NCBI GenBank assembly: GCA_017856385.1
Contig: JAFMFD010000007.1
Coordinates: 1,156 to 65,155 of the forward strand
Direction: 5' to 3'
Source: Actinomycetota bacterium
GTDB lineage: Bacteria; Actinomycetota; Actinomycetes; S36-B12
DNA length: 64,000 bases
Shown here in pieces: positions 44,172 through 55,354 of this stretch. Position numbers and translations under genes: made by a program. The notes below the pieces were generated by a model, which saw nothing but the letters and a program-made list of their open reading frames with translations, made no database searches and was not told the origin of the DNA. Position 1 is the stretch's first letter, and each line of letters starts with the position of its first letter.

Positions 44172-44190
44172 CGCAGGGCGGCTCCCGCCT

Positions 44191-44204
44191 GTTCGCGCTG
44201 GGCG
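44191..44204. promoter_or_regulatory. candidate ClgR operator upstream of clpC1
   Basis: GTTCGCGCTGGGCG fits GTTCGC-N5-GCG, the ClgR box described for Streptomyces/Corynebacterium clp genes (from memory). It lies 115 nt upstream of ATG 44319. Confidence 0.4.
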
Positions 44205-44318
44205 TAGTGAGCACCGCCGGGCGGCGGAACATCGCGGACTGCGGCAGGGTTGGCACAGGGTGGACCATCCCCTCACCCGGTTATGGTTGGTCCACGGCGA
44301 CGGAACGGAGTTCACGGG

Positions 44319-46835
44319 ATGTTCGAGAGATTCACCGATCGAGCCCGACGCGTGGTGGTGCTTGCGCAGGAGGAAGCGCGCATGCTCAACCACAACTACA
44401 TCGGCACCGAGCACATCCTGCTGGGCCTGATCCACGAGGGTGAGGGCGTCGCCGCCAAGGCCCTCGAGAGCCTGGGCATCTCCCTGGAGGCCGTACGCCA
44501 GCAGGTAGAGGAGATCATCGGCCAGGGGCAGCAGGCGCCCAGTGGCCACATCCCGTTCACCCCGCGCGCCAAGAAGGTCCTCGAGCTGTCGCTGCGCGAG
44601 GCCCTTCAGCTCGGCCACAACTACATCGGCACCGAGCACATCCTGCTCGGCCTGATCCGCGAGGGTGAGGGCGTCGCCGCCCAGGTCCTCGTCAAGCTCG
44701 GCGCCGATCTCAACCGCGTCCGCCAGCAGGTCATTCAGCTGCTGAGCGGCTACCAGGGCAAGGAGCCCGCGACGTCCGGCGGTCCTGCCGAGGGCACGCC
44801 GTCGACCTCGCTCGTCCTCGACCAGTTCGGCCGCAACCTCACGGTCGCTGCCCGTGAGGGCAAGCTCGATCCCGTCATCGGGCGCGAGAAGGAGATCGAG
44901 CGCGTGATGCAGGTGCTGTCGCGTCGCACCAAGAACAACCCGGTGCTGATCGGCGAGCCCGGCGTGGGCAAGACGGCGGTCGTCGAGGGCCTCGCCCAGG
45001 ACATCGTCAATGGCGAGGTGCCCGAGACGCTCAAGGACAAGCAGCTCTACACGCTCGACCTCGGCGCACTGGTCGCGGGCAGCCGCTACCGCGGCGACTT
45101 CGAGGAGCGGCTGAAGAAGGTGCTCAAGGAGATCCGCACGCGCGGCGACATCATCCTGTTCATCGACGAGATGCACACCCTCGTCGGTGCCGGCGCGGCC
45201 GAGGGCGCCATCGACGCGGCGAGCATCCTCAAGCCGATGCTCGCGCGCGGTGAGCTCCAGACCATCGGCGCGACGACGCTGGACGAGTACCGCAAGCACA
45301 TCGAGAAGGACGCCGCCCTCGAGCGGCGCTTCGCACCGATCCAGGTGGCGGCCCCCGACGTGCCCCACACCGTCGAGATCCTGCGCGGTCTGCGCGACCG
45401 CTACGAGTCGCACCACCGGGTGTCGATCACCGACGGCGCTCTCGAGGCGGCCGCCCGGCTCTCCGACCGCTACATCTCCGACCGCCAGCTGCCCGACAAG
45501 GCCATCGACCTCATCGACGAGGCCGGCTCGCGCCTGCGCATCCGTCGCATGACCGCGCCGCCGGACCTGCGCGAGTTCGACGAGCGCATCGCAGGCGTCC
45601 GCCGCGAGAAGGAGTCCGCGATCGACGCGCAGGACTTCGAGAAGGCCGCGGCGCTGCGCGACCAGGAGAAGAAGCTGCTGGCGGAGAAGGTCGAGCGCGA
45701 GCGCGAGTGGAAGGCCGGCGACCTCGATGTCATCGCCGAGGTCGACGAGAAGCTGATCAGCGAGGTCCTCGCGCTGATGACCGGCATCCCGGTGTCCGAC
45801 CTCACCGAGGACGACATCGCGCGTCTGCTGCGCATGGAGTCCGAGCTCCACAAGCGCGTGATCGGGCAGGAGCAGGCCATCAAGGCGCTGTCGAAGTCCA
45901 TCCGGCGCACGCGCGCGGGTCTGAAGGATCCCAAGAGGCCTTCCGGCTCATTCATCTTCGCCGGGCCCTCCGGCGTGGGTAAGACCGAGCTCAGCAAGAC
46001 GCTCGCCGAGTTCCTGTTCGGTGACGAGGACGCACTCATCGCCCTCGATATGAGCGAGTTCTCCGAGCGCCACACCGCGTCACGCCTCTTCGGCTCCCCG
46101 CCCGGATACGTGGGCTACGAGGAGGGTGGCCAGCTGACCGAGAAGGTCCGCCGCAGGCCGTTCTCCGTCGTCCTCTTCGACGAGGTCGAGAAGGCGCACC
46201 CGGACATCTTCAACTCGCTCCTTCAGGTCCTCGAGGAGGGTCGCCTGACGGATGCGCAGGGTCGCGTCGTCGACTTCAAGAACACCGTCATCATCATGAC
46301 GACCAACCTCGGCAGCCGCGACGTCTCCAAGGGCCAGACCCTCGGGTTCGCCCCGGATGCGGACTCCGAGGGCGCCTACGAGCGGATGAAGGCGAAGGTG
46401 CAGCAGGAGCTCAAGCAGCACTTCCGTCCGGAGTTCCTCAACCGCATCGACGACGTCATCGTCTTCCACCAGCTCACGCAGGACGAGATCATCGAGATTG
46501 TCGACCTGATGATCGCGAGCCTGGAGAAGCGGCTTGAGGAGCAGGACATGGGCATCGAGCTCACGTCTGCGGCAAAGCTGCTGCTGGCGGAGCGCGGCTA
46601 TGACAACGCCCTCGGCGCCCGTCCCCTGCGGCGCACCATCCAGCGCGACATCGAGGATCCGCTCGCGGAGAAGATGCTCTTCGGCGACCTCGCGCACGGC
46701 TCGATCGTGCTCGTCGACGTCGCTCCGGAGGGTTCGGAGGAGGCGTTCACCTTCACAGCGACGCCGAAGACCGAGCTGCCGGACATCCCGCCGGTCGAGC
46801 CGGCCGGAGCCAGCGACAGCGACATCGGCGCCTGA
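44319..46835 (+). CDS. clpC1: ATP-dependent Clp protease ATP-binding subunit ClpC1
   Basis: [14 protein letters not shown]-domain repeat, two Walker A motifs ([18 protein letters not shown]), and a UVR-like linker. ATG 44319 preferred over the track's 44250. Confidence 0.95.
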   Translation: MFERFTDRARRVVVLAQEEARMLNHNYIGTEHILLGLIHEGEGVAAKALESLGISLEAVRQQVEEIIGQGQQAPSGHIPFTPRAKKVLELSLREALQLGHNYIGTEHILLGLIREGEGVAAQVLVKLGADLNRVRQQVIQLLSGYQGKEPATSGGPAEGTPSTSLVLDQFGRNLTVAAREGKLDPVIGREKEIERVMQVLSRRTKNNPVLIGEPGVGKTAVVEGLAQDIVNGEVPETLKDKQLYTLDLGALVAGSRYRGDFEERLKKVLKEIRTRGDIILFIDEMHTLVGAGAAEGAIDAASILKPMLARGELQTIGATTLDEYRKHIEKDAALERRFAPIQVAAPDVPHTVEILRGLRDRYESHHRVSITDGALEAAARLSDRYISDRQLPDKAIDLIDEAGSRLRIRRMTAPPDLREFDERIAGVRREKESAIDAQDFEKAAALRDQEKKLLAEKVEREREWKAGDLDVIAEVDEKLISEVLALMTGIPVSDLTEDDIARLLRMESELHKRVIGQEQAIKALSKSIRRTRAGLKDPKRPSGSFIFAGPSGVGKTELSKTLAEFLFGDEDALIALDMSEFSERHTASRLFGSPPGYVGYEEGGQLTEKVRRRPFSVVLFDEVEKAHPDIFNSLLQVLEEGRLTDAQGRVVDFKNTVIIMTTNLGSRDVSKGQTLGFAPDADSEGAYERMKAKVQQELKQHFRPEFLNRIDDVIVFHQLTQDEIIEIVDLMIASLEKRLEEQDMGIELTSAAKLLLAERGYDNALGARPLRRTIQRDIEDPLAEKMLFGDLAHGSIVLVDVAPEGSEEAFTFTATPKTELPDIPPVEPAGASDSDIGA

Positions 46836-46872
46836 GCCCGGGCTCGAGACGGTCCGGGCGTCGGGAGATTCC

Positions 46873-47343
46873 GTGCAGCAGGGTCCCCTGATCCCGGGGC
46901 TGGAGGAGTTCGACCTTCCGCGGCGTGGATGGCCCCGCTGGCTCACCTGGGTCGTGCTGGGCGTGATCGCGTTCGCCCTGCTCGTCGTACTCGCCGGCTT
47001 CGTCGGCGGCGTGGGGCCGCTTCGCGCGCTTGGCCAGTCGACCGTGCCGCTGAACACGGTTGCTTTCCGGGAGACCGCGTCGACGAACGTGATCGAGATC
47101 GCGGTCACGGCGCCCCGGGAGGGTCTGTGCCGGGGTGACGAGATCGTGGCCGTCGGCTACGAGCGCGGGAACCGGATCGAGGTTGAGGCCTCGATCACGC
47201 GATCCCGATCGACGTCCTGTCAGCCGATGACGATGGCGGGTGACCTGCAGTGGGCAGCGGTCCGCCTCGACAGCCCGATCGGGACGCGCACCGTGGTGTC
47301 GACTGACGATCGCCGGGCGCTGGAGAACCGCACCGCGACGTGA
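46873..47343 (+). CDS. membrane-anchored hypothetical protein
   Basis: GTG 46873 and one TM segment (WLTWVVLGVIAFALLVVLAGFVGG). The rest of track ORF 46534-47343 overlaps clpC1 out of frame. Confidence 0.5.
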   Translation: MQQGPLIPGLEEFDLPRRGWPRWLTWVVLGVIAFALLVVLAGFVGGVGPLRALGQSTVPLNTVAFRETASTNVIEIAVTAPREGLCRGDEIVAVGYERGNRIEVEASITRSRSTSCQPMTMAGDLQWAAVRLDSPIGTRTVVSTDDRRALENRTAT

Positions 47344-47344
47344 G

Positions 47345-48271
47345 TCAGCCGCGGAGCGCATAGCGGCCGCGGGGCAGCCGCGTGATCAGGCCGTCGTCGA
47401 CCAGGCCTGCCAGGGCGCGCTCGCGCTGGGCGTCGACAGGCCAGGCGGCCCGCACCGCGGCCGCGGCCACCGGTCCGGGTGCATCGCGCAGGACGGCGAG
47501 GACCCGGCCCCGCGCCTGCCGGTCGCTCCCCTCGTACCGGGCCTGGCGGCGTGCCGGCACCGCAGCACCCGGGCGCCCGGCGGCCAGCCAGGCGCAGTGC
47601 GACGACACAGGGCAGGTGCCGCAGGCCGGGCCTCGGGAACGGCACACCAGCGCCCCGAGCTCCATGACCGCGGCGGACCACGTCGCACTCGTAGCGTCGT
47701 CAGTTGGCCAGGCCTGCTGTGCGGCATCGCGCTCCGCGCGGGTCAGGTGGGCACTCGGCTGGGCGGAGCCGGCGAGTGCGCGCACCAGGACGCGGCGCAC
47801 GTTGGTGTCGAGCACGATGGCGTGGCGCCCGAACGCGAAGGCGCGGACGGCGGCAGCCGTGTACTCGCCGACCCCTGGCAGTGCCCGCAGGTCCTCGGGA
47901 TCTTCGGGCACGTCACCGCCGTGCCGGTCGCGGATGATCGCGGCGCACTCGTGGAGCCGCCGGGCCCGGCGCGGGTACCCGAGCCGGCCCCAGGCACGCA
48001 GGACGTCGGCCTGACCGGCCGCCGCGAGGTCCGTGGCCGTGGGCCAGCGCTCCAGCCATGCGGACCACACGGGCAGGACCCGGTCCACGGGCGTCTGCTG
48101 CAGCATGAACTCGCTCACGAGCACCCCCCAGGGGGTGGTGGAGCGCCACGGCAGCGGCCGGCGGGCCTGCTCGAACCAGTCGACGACGGCCCCGACGATG
48201 GGGGAGTCCGCGTGCCCGGGGCCGCCCTCTGCCACGCCCGGATCGTGCCACGGCCCCGCCGGGGGTGCCAT
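47345..48271 (-). CDS. mutY: A/G-specific adenine DNA glycosylase
   Basis: HhH-GPD LPGVGEYTAAAV and the 4Fe-4S cluster C-x6-C-x2-C-x5-C (CRSRGPACGTCPVSSHC). ATG 48271; a later GTG is possible. Confidence 0.85.
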   Translation of the reverse strand: MAPPAGPWHDPGVAEGGPGHADSPIVGAVVDWFEQARRPLPWRSTTPWGVLVSEFMLQQTPVDRVLPVWSAWLERWPTATDLAAAGQADVLRAWGRLGYPRRARRLHECAAIIRDRHGGDVPEDPEDLRALPGVGEYTAAAVRAFAFGRHAIVLDTNVRRVLVRALAGSAQPSAHLTRAERDAAQQAWPTDDATSATWSAAVMELGALVCRSRGPACGTCPVSSHCAWLAAGRPGAAVPARRQARYEGSDRQARGRVLAVLRDAPGPVAAAAVRAAWPVDAQRERALAGLVDDGLITRLPRGRYALRG

Positions 48272-48283
48272 TACGGTGGTCCT

Positions 48284-48925
48284 GTGAGCTCCTTCATGCA
48301 CCCGAGCGGGCCGGAGCCAGCGTCCGTCTACTGGGTGCGGCGTGCGGCGATCGTGGTGCTCGCGCTCACCGTCGTGGTGGGTGCCTGGTGGCTCCTGGGT
48401 GCGATCCGCGGGTCGAGCGCGCCCACGTCGTCCGAGGCCACACCGACGGAGCCGACCACGGCGACGGCACTGCCCGGCACCGAGGCATCGGCCGCACTCG
48501 CCGTGCCCGTCGAGCCGGCCGAGCCCGGCCCCTGCCCCGACTCCGCGATCACGGTCGAGGCCTCCACCGACTCGTCGACCTACCGCGTGGGCGCAGAGCC
48601 GAAGCTGACCCTGGCGATCACCAACACGGGCACCACGGCGTGCACCCGGGACGTCGGGCCCAAGGCGAACGAGCTGGAGATCACCTCCGGTGGCTACCAC
48701 GTCTGGTCCAGTGACGACTGCAATGCGAGTGACAAGACCAAGGTCGTGCTCATCGAGCCGGGCCAGACGGTCGCCTCGAGCATCGCGTGGAACGGCCGGC
48801 TCTCCCAGAAGGGCTGCCCGGACGAGCAGGGCGCCAAGGCCAAGGCCGGGCGCTACGACGTGCAGGGCCGCAACGGCAAGGTCAAGAGCGACGAGACGCC
48901 CTTCGCTCTCAGCAACAAGGACTGA
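48284..48925 (+). CDS. membrane-anchored extracytoplasmic protein (DUF4232-like; sits where M. tuberculosis has Rv3587c)
   Basis: GTG 48284 or ATG 48296, one TM segment, a Thr/Pro-rich linker, then a Cys-containing beta-rich domain (CPDSAITVEA..ITNTGTTACTRD..WSSDDC..KGC). Confidence 0.6.
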   Translation: MSSFMHPSGPEPASVYWVRRAAIVVLALTVVVGAWWLLGAIRGSSAPTSSEATPTEPTTATALPGTEASAALAVPVEPAEPGPCPDSAITVEASTDSSTYRVGAEPKLTLAITNTGTTACTRDVGPKANELEITSGGYHVWSSDDCNASDKTKVVLIEPGQTVASSIAWNGRLSQKGCPDEQGAKAKAGRYDVQGRNGKVKSDETPFALSNKD

Positions 48926-48934
48926 CCGGCCACG

Positions 48935-50344
48935 TCAGAAGGGCGCCGAGCCCGAGTCGTCCCCAGCGGCCGCCACCGTCGCCGCAAGGCGGCGAGCCAC
49001 CCGGAGGGCCTCGCCGAGCGAGCCGACCTCGTGCAGGCGGAGTCCGTCGGGGCCCGCTGTGCCGCGGGAGCGCGCCGGGACGATCGCGTCAGTGAAGCCC
49101 AGGCGAGCGGCCTCGGCGAGCCGACGCGCCTGCGACGTGATGGGGCGTACGTCGCCGGCCAGCCCCACCTCTCCCAGCGCGACGAGGTCGCTCGGGAGCG
49201 CGAGATCTGCGGCGCTGCCGGCGATCGCGAGGGCAACGGCGAGGTCGGTCGCCGGCTCGCTGAGCCGCACGCCGCCGACGGTCGCGGCGAAGCAGTCCTG
49301 CTGGGCAAGGCGCACCCCGGCGCGGCGCTCCAGGACCCCGAGCATCATCGCGACGCGTGCGCTGTCGAGCCCGGATGTCACGCGTCGTGGCTGCGGCGTG
49401 GCACTCGGTGCTACGAGTGCCTGCACCTCGGCCAGCAGGGGCCGTCGGCCCTCCATCGTGACGGTGACGCACGTGCCCGGAGTCGACGTCTCGCGGTCAC
49501 CGAGGAACAGCCCGCTCGGATCCGGCAGGCCGACGATGCCGTCGTCGACCAGCTCGAAGCAGCCGATCTCGTCGGCGGCGCCGAAGCGGTTCTTCACCGC
49601 GCGCACCAGTCGGAGCGGGCCGTGGCGATCGCCCTCGAAGTGCAGGACGACGTCGACGAGGTGCTCGAGGGTGCGCGGGCCGGCAACCGCGCCGTCCTTG
49701 GTGACGTGCCCGACGACGATGACGGACACGTCGCGGGACTTGGCCACCGCAATGAGCGATGCGGCGACCTCACGCACCTGCGTGACGCCGCCGGCGGCAC
49801 CCTCGACCTGGCTGCTGGCCACGGTCTGCACCGAGTCGAGCACGACGAGCGACGGTGCGACAGCGTCGATGTGCCCGAGGATCGTCGCGAGGTCTGTGTC
49901 GGCAGCGAGGAACAGCTCGTCTGCGACCGCGTCGATGCGCTCGGCGCGCAGACGCACCTGCGCGGCGGACTCCTCGCCTGTGGCGTAGAGCACGCGCCGC
50001 CCGGTGCGGGCCCAGGTCGCGGCGGTCTCCAGCAGCAGGGTCGACTTGCCCACGCCCGGCTCGCCGGCGAGCAGGATCACCGCGCCCGGCACGATACCGC
50101 CGCCGAGCACGCGGTCGAACTCCCCGATGCCGGTCGGGACGGCGCGTGCGGTCGCGACGTCGACGGCGCCGATGGGCTGTGCCGGCGTGGTGGCGGTCGA
50201 CGCGGGAGTCGTGCGCGCGCGCACCGCGCCGGACTCCTCGACGGTGCCCCAGGCCTGGCACTCTCCGCAGCGACCCACCCACTTGGTGGTGGTCCAGCCG
50301 CAGTCGGTGCAGCGGAAGGGCGGAGCGGCAGCGGCCTTGGCCAT
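48935..50344 (-). CDS. radA: DNA repair protein RadA
   Basis: Zn finger CTDCGWTTTKWVGRCGECQAWG, Walker A GEPGVGKSTLLL, KNRFG (VKNRFGAADE), and a Lon-like C-domain. ATG 50344. Confidence 0.95.
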   Translation of the reverse strand: MAKAAAAPPFRCTDCGWTTTKWVGRCGECQAWGTVEESGAVRARTTPASTATTPAQPIGAVDVATARAVPTGIGEFDRVLGGGIVPGAVILLAGEPGVGKSTLLLETAATWARTGRRVLYATGEESAAQVRLRAERIDAVADELFLAADTDLATILGHIDAVAPSLVVLDSVQTVASSQVEGAAGGVTQVREVAASLIAVAKSRDVSVIVVGHVTKDGAVAGPRTLEHLVDVVLHFEGDRHGPLRLVRAVKNRFGAADEIGCFELVDDGIVGLPDPSGLFLGDRETSTPGTCVTVTMEGRRPLLAEVQALVAPSATPQPRRVTSGLDSARVAMMLGVLERRAGVRLAQQDCFAATVGGVRLSEPATDLAVALAIAGSAADLALPSDLVALGEVGLAGDVRPITSQARRLAEAARLGFTDAIVPARSRGTAGPDGLRLHEVGSLGEALRVARRLAATVAAAGDDSGSAPF

Positions 50345-50352
50345 GCGCGTGG

Positions 50353-51129
50353 TCAGGAGCCGGACTCGGCGACGGGCGGATCTGCGGGGTGCGGGGCGAG
50401 GCCGAGCGGCGATCGGCCCTCGCGCAGCAGGACCATCCGCGCGCGGCACAGGCGGGCGAGCTCCTCGTAGGCCGGCTCCCCGAGCAGCGCGATCAGCTCC
50501 GCGCGACCGGACTCGAAGACCGCCTCCTCGCCGACGTGGGCCTCGGTGTTCGAGGAGCAGTACCACGCGAAGTCGTGGCCCCCGGCCCCCCAGTCCTGGC
50601 GCTGGTACTCGCCGATCACCACCACGAGATGGTCGGTGCCGTCCTCGTACGTCCGCCGCTCGTAGGACCGGCGGATCGGCAGCTGCCAGCACACCTCGGG
50701 CTTGGTCTCCAGGAACGAGACCCCCTCGGCGGCAGCCAGGTGGTGCAGGGCGCAGCCGTAGCCGCCGGGGAAGTCGGCGTCGTTGTGGAAGATGCAGGCA
50801 CCCTTGACCACGCGGGTCTTGGTCGCGCCGTCCTCCTTCTCGGTCCAGCCCTTGCGTTGACCGGACCGGTACCGCTGCCACAGCTCGGGTGTCAGCCGAT
50901 CGACCCAGGCCGACACGCGACGACGGTCGGCCCGGCCGGAGAAGTGGGCGCCGTGCACGCAGCACCCGGCGTCGGGCCGACGCGCGTCGATGCCGCCGCA
51001 GCCACGGCCGAAGATGCAGGTCCAGCGCGACGTGAGCCAGGTGAGGTCAGCCTTGATGAGCTGCTCCGGGTCGCCCGGATCGACGAACTCGACCCACTGG
51101 CGGGGGAAGCCGAGCGCTACCTCGGGCAT
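50353..51129 (-). CDS. conserved Cys-rich actinobacterial hypothetical protein (position of M. tuberculosis Rv0495c)
   Basis: 258 aa, good GC3 bias, multiple conserved-looking Cys (CIFGRGCGG, GCCVHGAHF, CALHH, CWQLP). It is divergent from the Ppx/GppA gene as in mycobacteria (from memory). Confidence 0.65.
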   Translation of the reverse strand: MPEVALGFPRQWVEFVDPGDPEQLIKADLTWLTSRWTCIFGRGCGGIDARRPDAGCCVHGAHFSGRADRRRVSAWVDRLTPELWQRYRSGQRKGWTEKEDGATKTRVVKGACIFHNDADFPGGYGCALHHLAAAEGVSFLETKPEVCWQLPIRRSYERRTYEDGTDHLVVVIGEYQRQDWGAGGHDFAWYCSSNTEAHVGEEAVFESGRAELIALLGEPAYEELARLCRARMVLLREGRSPLGLAPHPADPPVAESGS

Positions 51130-51222
51130 GGAGTCACCGTTCGCACGCTGGTCACCCTATGTCCTGACGGTGACATGGCCCGCCGGATGCCGCGGGCGGT
51201 GCGTTGCCGATAGTTTCGTCCT

Positions 51223-52152
51223 GTGCGACTCGGCGTCCTCGACCTCGGCTCCAACACCGTCCACCTGCTGCTGGTGGACGCCCACCACGGTGCTGCCCCG
51301 CTCCCGGCGTCGAAGCTGAAGATGCCGCTGCGCCTGTCGGAGCACATCACCGCCGACGGCCGCGTGGACGATGCAGCGGTCAAGGCCCTGGTGGAGTTCG
51401 TCGAGCGCGGCCAGCAGCTCGCGGAGGACATGGGCGCGACCGAGGTCATGGCGTTCGCGACCTCGGCGATCCGCGGCGCCGTCAACGGCCAGGAGGTGCT
51501 CGACCTCATCCTCGCGCGCACCGGGCTGGAGGTCGCCGTGCTGTCCGGCGAGGACGAGGCGCGCATGACCTTCCTCGCCGTGCGCCGCTGGTTCGGCTGG
51601 TCCAGCGGGCGCATCCTCGCCCTCGACATCGGGGGCGGCTCGCTGGAGATCGCCGTCGGCAGTGACGAGGAGCCCGACGTGGCCGTGTCCCTGCCGCTCG
51701 GCGCCGGGCGGCTCACGCGCGACCACCTGCGCGGTGACCCGCCGAGCGCCGATGCCATCCGCGCCCTGCGCCGGCAGGTGCGCGCGTCCATCGCCGACGT
51801 GCTCGGGCAGCTGCGCAGGGGCGGGGAGCCCCGACTCGCGGTCGCCACCTCCAAGACGTTCAAGCAGCTTGCCCGCGCGTGCGGGGCGGCCCCGGCCACC
51901 GAGGGGATCCACGTGCCGCGCGTGCTCAAGGCCGCGGACCTCCACCACGTTGTCCCTCGGCTCGCAGGCATGACAGCGGCCCAGCGGGCCGAGCTCCCGG
52001 GCGTCTCCGAGGGGCGTGCGGCGCAGCTGCTGGCCGGTGCCATCGTGGCGGAGGCCGCGATGGACCTGCTCGACCTCGATGAGCTCGCCATCTGCCCCTG
52101 GGCCCTCCGCGAGGGCATCATCCTCGACCGCATGGACGGCCTGGCCCGGTGA
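51223..52152 (+). CDS. Ppx/GppA family phosphatase (exopolyphosphatase-like)
   Basis: [14 protein letters not shown] and DIGGGSLE actin-like ATPase motifs. 309 aa. Confidence 0.85.
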   Translation: MRLGVLDLGSNTVHLLLVDAHHGAAPLPASKLKMPLRLSEHITADGRVDDAAVKALVEFVERGQQLAEDMGATEVMAFATSAIRGAVNGQEVLDLILARTGLEVAVLSGEDEARMTFLAVRRWFGWSSGRILALDIGGGSLEIAVGSDEEPDVAVSLPLGAGRLTRDHLRGDPPSADAIRALRRQVRASIADVLGQLRRGGEPRLAVATSKTFKQLARACGAAPATEGIHVPRVLKAADLHHVVPRLAGMTAAQRAELPGVSEGRAAQLLAGAIVAEAAMDLLDLDELAICPWALREGIILDRMDGLAR

Positions 52153-54509
52153 CGTCCGCCCCGGCGACCCGTCCGGCCACCGACCCCGCTGTGGGGCTGA
52201 CGGCGGCCGAGGTCGCCGAGCGGATCGCCCGCGGGGAGGTCAACGCCGTCCCGGACGCGCGCAGCCGCAGCCTGGGCGACATCATCCGGGCCAACACGTT
52301 CACGTGGTTCAACGGCCTCATCGGATCCCTGTGGATCGTGATGCTCCTCGTCGCGCCGATCCAGGACTCGCTCTTCGGCTTCGTCATCATCGCGAACACG
52401 GGCATCGGCATCATCCAGGAGTACCGGGCATCGCGGACCCTCGCGAAGCTCGCGGTCCTCGGCGAGGCGCGGCCGGTCGTCCGACGCGACGGCGTCGACG
52501 TCTCGGTGGCCAAGGGCGACGTCGTGCTCGACGACATCGTGGTCCTCACGACGGGCGACCAGCTGGTCGTCGACGGCCTGGTCCTGCGGTCCGATGGCCT
52601 CGAGATCGACGAGAGCCTGCTCACCGGCGAGGCGGACCCGGTGGACAAGGCGGTCGGCGACGAGGCGATGTCCGGGTCCTTCGTCGTCGCCGGATCCGGC
52701 CTGTACCAGGCGACGCGCGTGGGCCGTGAGTCCTTCGCCGGGCGCCTGACGGAGCAGGCCTCGAGCTTCCACCTCACCAACTCCGAGCTGCGCAACGCGA
52801 TCGCCGGCTTCATCCGCATCATCTCGTACCTGCTCGTCCCGGTCGGCCTGCTGCTCCTGTGGTCGCAGCTGGTCCGCGCCGACCTGCCGTTCGACGAGGC
52901 CGTGCGCGGGACCATCGCCGGCGTCGTGACGATGGTGCCCGAGGGACTGGTCCTGCTCACCTCCATCGCGATGGCGGTCTCCGTGGTGCGCCTGGCGCGC
53001 AAGCGGGTGCTCGTGCAGGACATGCCCGCGGTCGAGGTGCTGGCACGGGTCGACACCATCTGCGTCGACAAGACCGGCACGCTGACCGAGCCGGGCATGC
53101 GGGTGCAGGAGGTCGTCCCGATCGCCGGAGCCGGCCAGGATGACGTATCTGCCGTTCTCGGCGCCCTCGGCGCGAGCGAGTCCAACCCCAACCCCACCCT
53201 GCAGGCGATCGCGGATGCGTACCCCGCGCCGGGCTGGACGGTCTCGTCGGCCGTGCCTTTCTCCAGTGCGCGCAAGTGGTCCGCCGCAGACTTCGGCGAG
53301 CGCGGCGCCTGGGTGCTGGGGGCGCCGGAGATCGTCGGCGCGCAGGCGGGGGGCGACGTCCACTCCCGGGCGGAGCAGCTGGCGGCCGACGGTGCGCGCG
53401 TGGTGCTGCTCGCGAGGGCCGACGGCCGGCCGAGCGCGGATGACGGTCCGGGTGCATCGACCCCGGTCGCCCTCGTCGTGATCAGTCAGCAGCTGCGCCC
53501 CGATGCCGCCGAGACCGTGTCGTACTTCCTTGAGCAGGGTGTCACGGTCAAAGTGATCTCGGGCGACAACGCGGCGACCGTGGGCGCGATCGCGCAGCGT
53601 GCCGGTGTGCCGGGCGCGGACCACCCGGTCGATGCGCGGACCCTGCCGGACGACCCGGCCGAGCTCGCCCAGCCGGTGTTCGACGCGAACGTGTTCGGGC
53701 GGGTCACTCCGCTGCAGAAGCAGCAGATGGTCGCGGCCCTGCACCTGCGCGACTCGACGGTGGCGATGACCGGCGACGGAGTCAACGACGTGCTGGCACT
53801 GAAGAAGGCCGACCTCGGCATCGCCATGGGCTCCGGGTCGGGCGCCACTCGCGCCGTCGCGCAAATCGTCCTGCTCGACGACAGGTGGTCCGTCATGCCC
53901 AGCGTCGTCGCCGAGGGGCGCCGCGTGCTCGGCAACATCGAGCGGGTGTCGGACGTCTTCCTGACCAAGACGACCTACTCCGTCGTGTTCTCCGTCATGA
54001 CGGGCCTGTTCGCCTTCGCCTTCCCGTTCCTTCCCCGGCACCTCACGCTGATCAGCGCGCTCACGATCGGGATCCCGGCGTTCTTCCTGGCGCTGATGCC
54101 CAACACCGAGCGGTTCCGCCCTGGCTTTCTGCGCCGGGTGCTGCTGTTCGCGATCCCGTCCGGGGTGATCTGCGCGACGGCATCGCTGGTGAGTTACGGC
54201 CTCGCCCTCGGGGTGGGGGAGCCACTCTTCAACGCGCAGGAGGCGGCAAGCGTCACGCTGTTCATCGTCGCCATCAGCGTCCTGCTGATGTCGGCGCGCC
54301 CGCTCAACGCCATCCGCCTGGCCATCGTCGCGACCATGGTCGCGATGTTCATCGCCGTCCTGGCTATTCCGTTCCTGTCGGACTTCTTCGCCCTGGCCCT
54401 GGGTCCTGAGCGGTACGCCGCGGTGGCGATCGGCTGCGGGCTGGTCGGCGCCGCTCTCGTCTGGCTCGCGGGACTTGTCACGGACCGCTGGCGACGAGCC
54501 GCGCGATGA
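52149..54509 (+). CDS. cation-transporting P-type ATPase (P2-like; CtpE-like by resemblance)
   Basis: DKTGTLT phosphorylation site, TGE (LTGEADP), [24 protein letters not shown] 52149 overlaps the ppx stop (GTGA). Confidence 0.9.
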   Translation: MTSAPATRPATDPAVGLTAAEVAERIARGEVNAVPDARSRSLGDIIRANTFTWFNGLIGSLWIVMLLVAPIQDSLFGFVIIANTGIGIIQEYRASRTLAKLAVLGEARPVVRRDGVDVSVAKGDVVLDDIVVLTTGDQLVVDGLVLRSDGLEIDESLLTGEADPVDKAVGDEAMSGSFVVAGSGLYQATRVGRESFAGRLTEQASSFHLTNSELRNAIAGFIRIISYLLVPVGLLLLWSQLVRADLPFDEAVRGTIAGVVTMVPEGLVLLTSIAMAVSVVRLARKRVLVQDMPAVEVLARVDTICVDKTGTLTEPGMRVQEVVPIAGAGQDDVSAVLGALGASESNPNPTLQAIADAYPAPGWTVSSAVPFSSARKWSAADFGERGAWVLGAPEIVGAQAGGDVHSRAEQLAADGARVVLLARADGRPSADDGPGASTPVALVVISQQLRPDAAETVSYFLEQGVTVKVISGDNAATVGAIAQRAGVPGADHPVDARTLPDDPAELAQPVFDANVFGRVTPLQKQQMVAALHLRDSTVAMTGDGVNDVLALKKADLGIAMGSGSGATRAVAQIVLLDDRWSVMPSVVAEGRRVLGNIERVSDVFLTKTTYSVVFSVMTGLFAFAFPFLPRHLTLISALTIGIPAFFLALMPNTERFRPGFLRRVLLFAIPSGVICATASLVSYGLALGVGEPLFNAQEAASVTLFIVAISVLLMSARPLNAIRLAIVATMVAMFIAVLAIPFLSDFFALALGPERYAAVAIGCGLVGAALVWLAGLVTDRWRRAAR

Positions 54510-55345
54510 CGCCGCCCGCTGGGGCGCAGGGCCCCGACCCGGTCGTCCGGGTGGGGCTCAGCACGTCCAGCGTCTTCCCCGAGTCCACCGCCACGGCCTT
54601 CGAGCTCGCCGCCTACCTCGGCTACGACGGGGTCGAGGTCATGGTCGGCACCGATGCGACGAGCCAGGACGCGTCGGCGCTGCGCGCCCTCGTCGACCAC
54701 TACGAGATCCCCATCCTGGCCATCCACGCACCGTGCCTGGTGATCACTCAGCACGTGTGGGGCACCGATCCTTGGGGCAAGCTCCAGCGTGCTCAGCGCG
54801 CGGCCGAGACGGTGGGCGCGGGCACAGTGGTCGTGCACCCGCCATTCCGGTGGCAGCGCGACTACGCGCGCGAGTTCGTCGCGGGCCTGCACCGGATGGA
54901 GTCCGAGACAGCCGTGCGCTTCGCCGTCGAGAACATGTACCCGTGGCGTGCCGGGCCGGGGTCGGTTGCGGCGTACCTGCCCGACTGGGACGTGCGCAAT
55001 GACGACTACCTGCACACGACCCTCGACCTGTCCCACACCGCGGTGTCGCGCACGGACCCGCTCGAGATGGCCGCCGACCTCGGCAGCCGCCTGGCCCATG
55101 TCCACCTCGCTGACGGAACCGACTCCAGCCGGGACGAGCACCGCATCCCCGGCCGGGGCAGCCAGCCGGTGGCGGAGGTGCTCACGCAGCTCGCGGGCAC
55201 CGGGTTCTCCGGCACGGTGATCGCGGAGGTGAGCACGCGCAAGGCGCCGGACCGGGCAGCGCGCATCGCCGACCTGGCCGAGACGCTCGCGTTCGCACGG
55301 CTGCATCTGGGTCAGGGTCCGCACGGTCCGCGCGTGCGGACCTAG
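54506..55345 (+). CDS. sugar phosphate isomerase/epimerase (xylose-isomerase-like TIM barrel; Rv0498-like position)
   Basis: ATG 54506 overlaps the ATPase stop (ATGA). VVHPP, FAVENM, HVHLADG, VIAEV. Confidence 0.8.
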   Translation: MTPPAGAQGPDPVVRVGLSTSSVFPESTATAFELAAYLGYDGVEVMVGTDATSQDASALRALVDHYEIPILAIHAPCLVITQHVWGTDPWGKLQRAQRAAETVGAGTVVVHPPFRWQRDYAREFVAGLHRMESETAVRFAVENMYPWRAGPGSVAAYLPDWDVRNDDYLHTTLDLSHTAVSRTDPLEMAADLGSRLAHVHLADGTDSSRDEHRIPGRGSQPVAEVLTQLAGTGFSGTVIAEVSTRKAPDRAARIADLAETLAFARLHLGQGPHGPRVRT

Positions 55346-55354
55346 GCTGGCGAC

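Noticed and set aside
43230-45851. 873-aa minus-strand ORF
   Set aside because: It is antisense to ispE and clpC1, both of which carry unambiguous motifs. Its translation is a repetitive Leu/Arg/Asp/Gly-rich shadow.
51117-54041. 974-aa minus-strand ORF
   Set aside because: It is antisense to the Ppx/GppA and P-type ATPase genes (DKTGTLT and related motifs are on the plus strand). Its composition is shadow-frame-like.
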